A DNA stretch of 64,000 bases from Candidatus Marinacidobacterales bacterium (GTDB taxonomy: Bacteria > Acidobacteriota > Vicinamibacteria > Marinacidobacterales > SMYC01). Each line of letters opens with the position of its first letter. Positions within the stretch are counted from its first letter, which is position 1. The notes beneath the pieces were generated by a model. The model worked only from the letters and a program-made list of their open reading frames with translations, searched no databases and was not told where the DNA came from. Positions 63,940 through 64,000 of this stretch are shown piece by piece. The position numbers and the translations under genes are program-made. The DNA lies in contig OZ250169.1 in NCBI GenBank assembly GCA_965237955.1, forward strand, positions 448,001 through 512,000. The letters are read 5' to 3'.

Positions 63940-64000
63940 ATGACGATGATCGCGCTACGATTTCCAGGAGGACGCTATCACGCGACCCCGTGGGGTCGGC
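63940..64000 (+). CDS. csb2: Type I-G Cas5/Cas6 fusion Csb2, cut by the window edge
   Basis: MTMIALRFPGGRYHATPWGR N-terminal signature. Confidence 0.85.
   Translation, partial: MTMIALRFPGGRYHATPWGR

Overview
GC-rich bacterial DNA, read by eye with no database searches. A short cell-envelope block (CotH-family lipoprotein, two divergent polytopic GT-C-like membrane proteins, FAD oxidoreductase; about 3.7-12.2 kb) is followed by a roughly 50-kb defence island heavily reworked by mobile DNA. Apparently intact defence genes: a minus-strand cluster (mrr, type III-like res, mod, RelE-like/UvrD helicase fusion; its last gene, sacsin-like ATPase/DUF3883, has one in-frame TAG), a second oppositely oriented res-mod pair, a DUF262-DUF1524 (GmrSD-like) nuclease, an EcsC/UDG-like fusion, and a WYL regulator upstream of a type I-G (I-U) cas operon (cas3, csx17, csb1, csb2 cut by the window edge). 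No CRISPR array is in the window. Remnants of CBASS CD-NTase, DISARM drmC, a GIY-YIG-type gene and phage genes lie in between. Mobile DNA: IS21, IS3, IS5 (IS903 group), IS6, IS110/IS1111 and several subfamilies of poorly classified rve-integrase elements, one with 104-bp TIRs (11 termini here). The most notable structure is a nest: an IS21 inside an RT-deleted group II intron, which sits at the terminus of an rve element next to a truncated GGCT gene.
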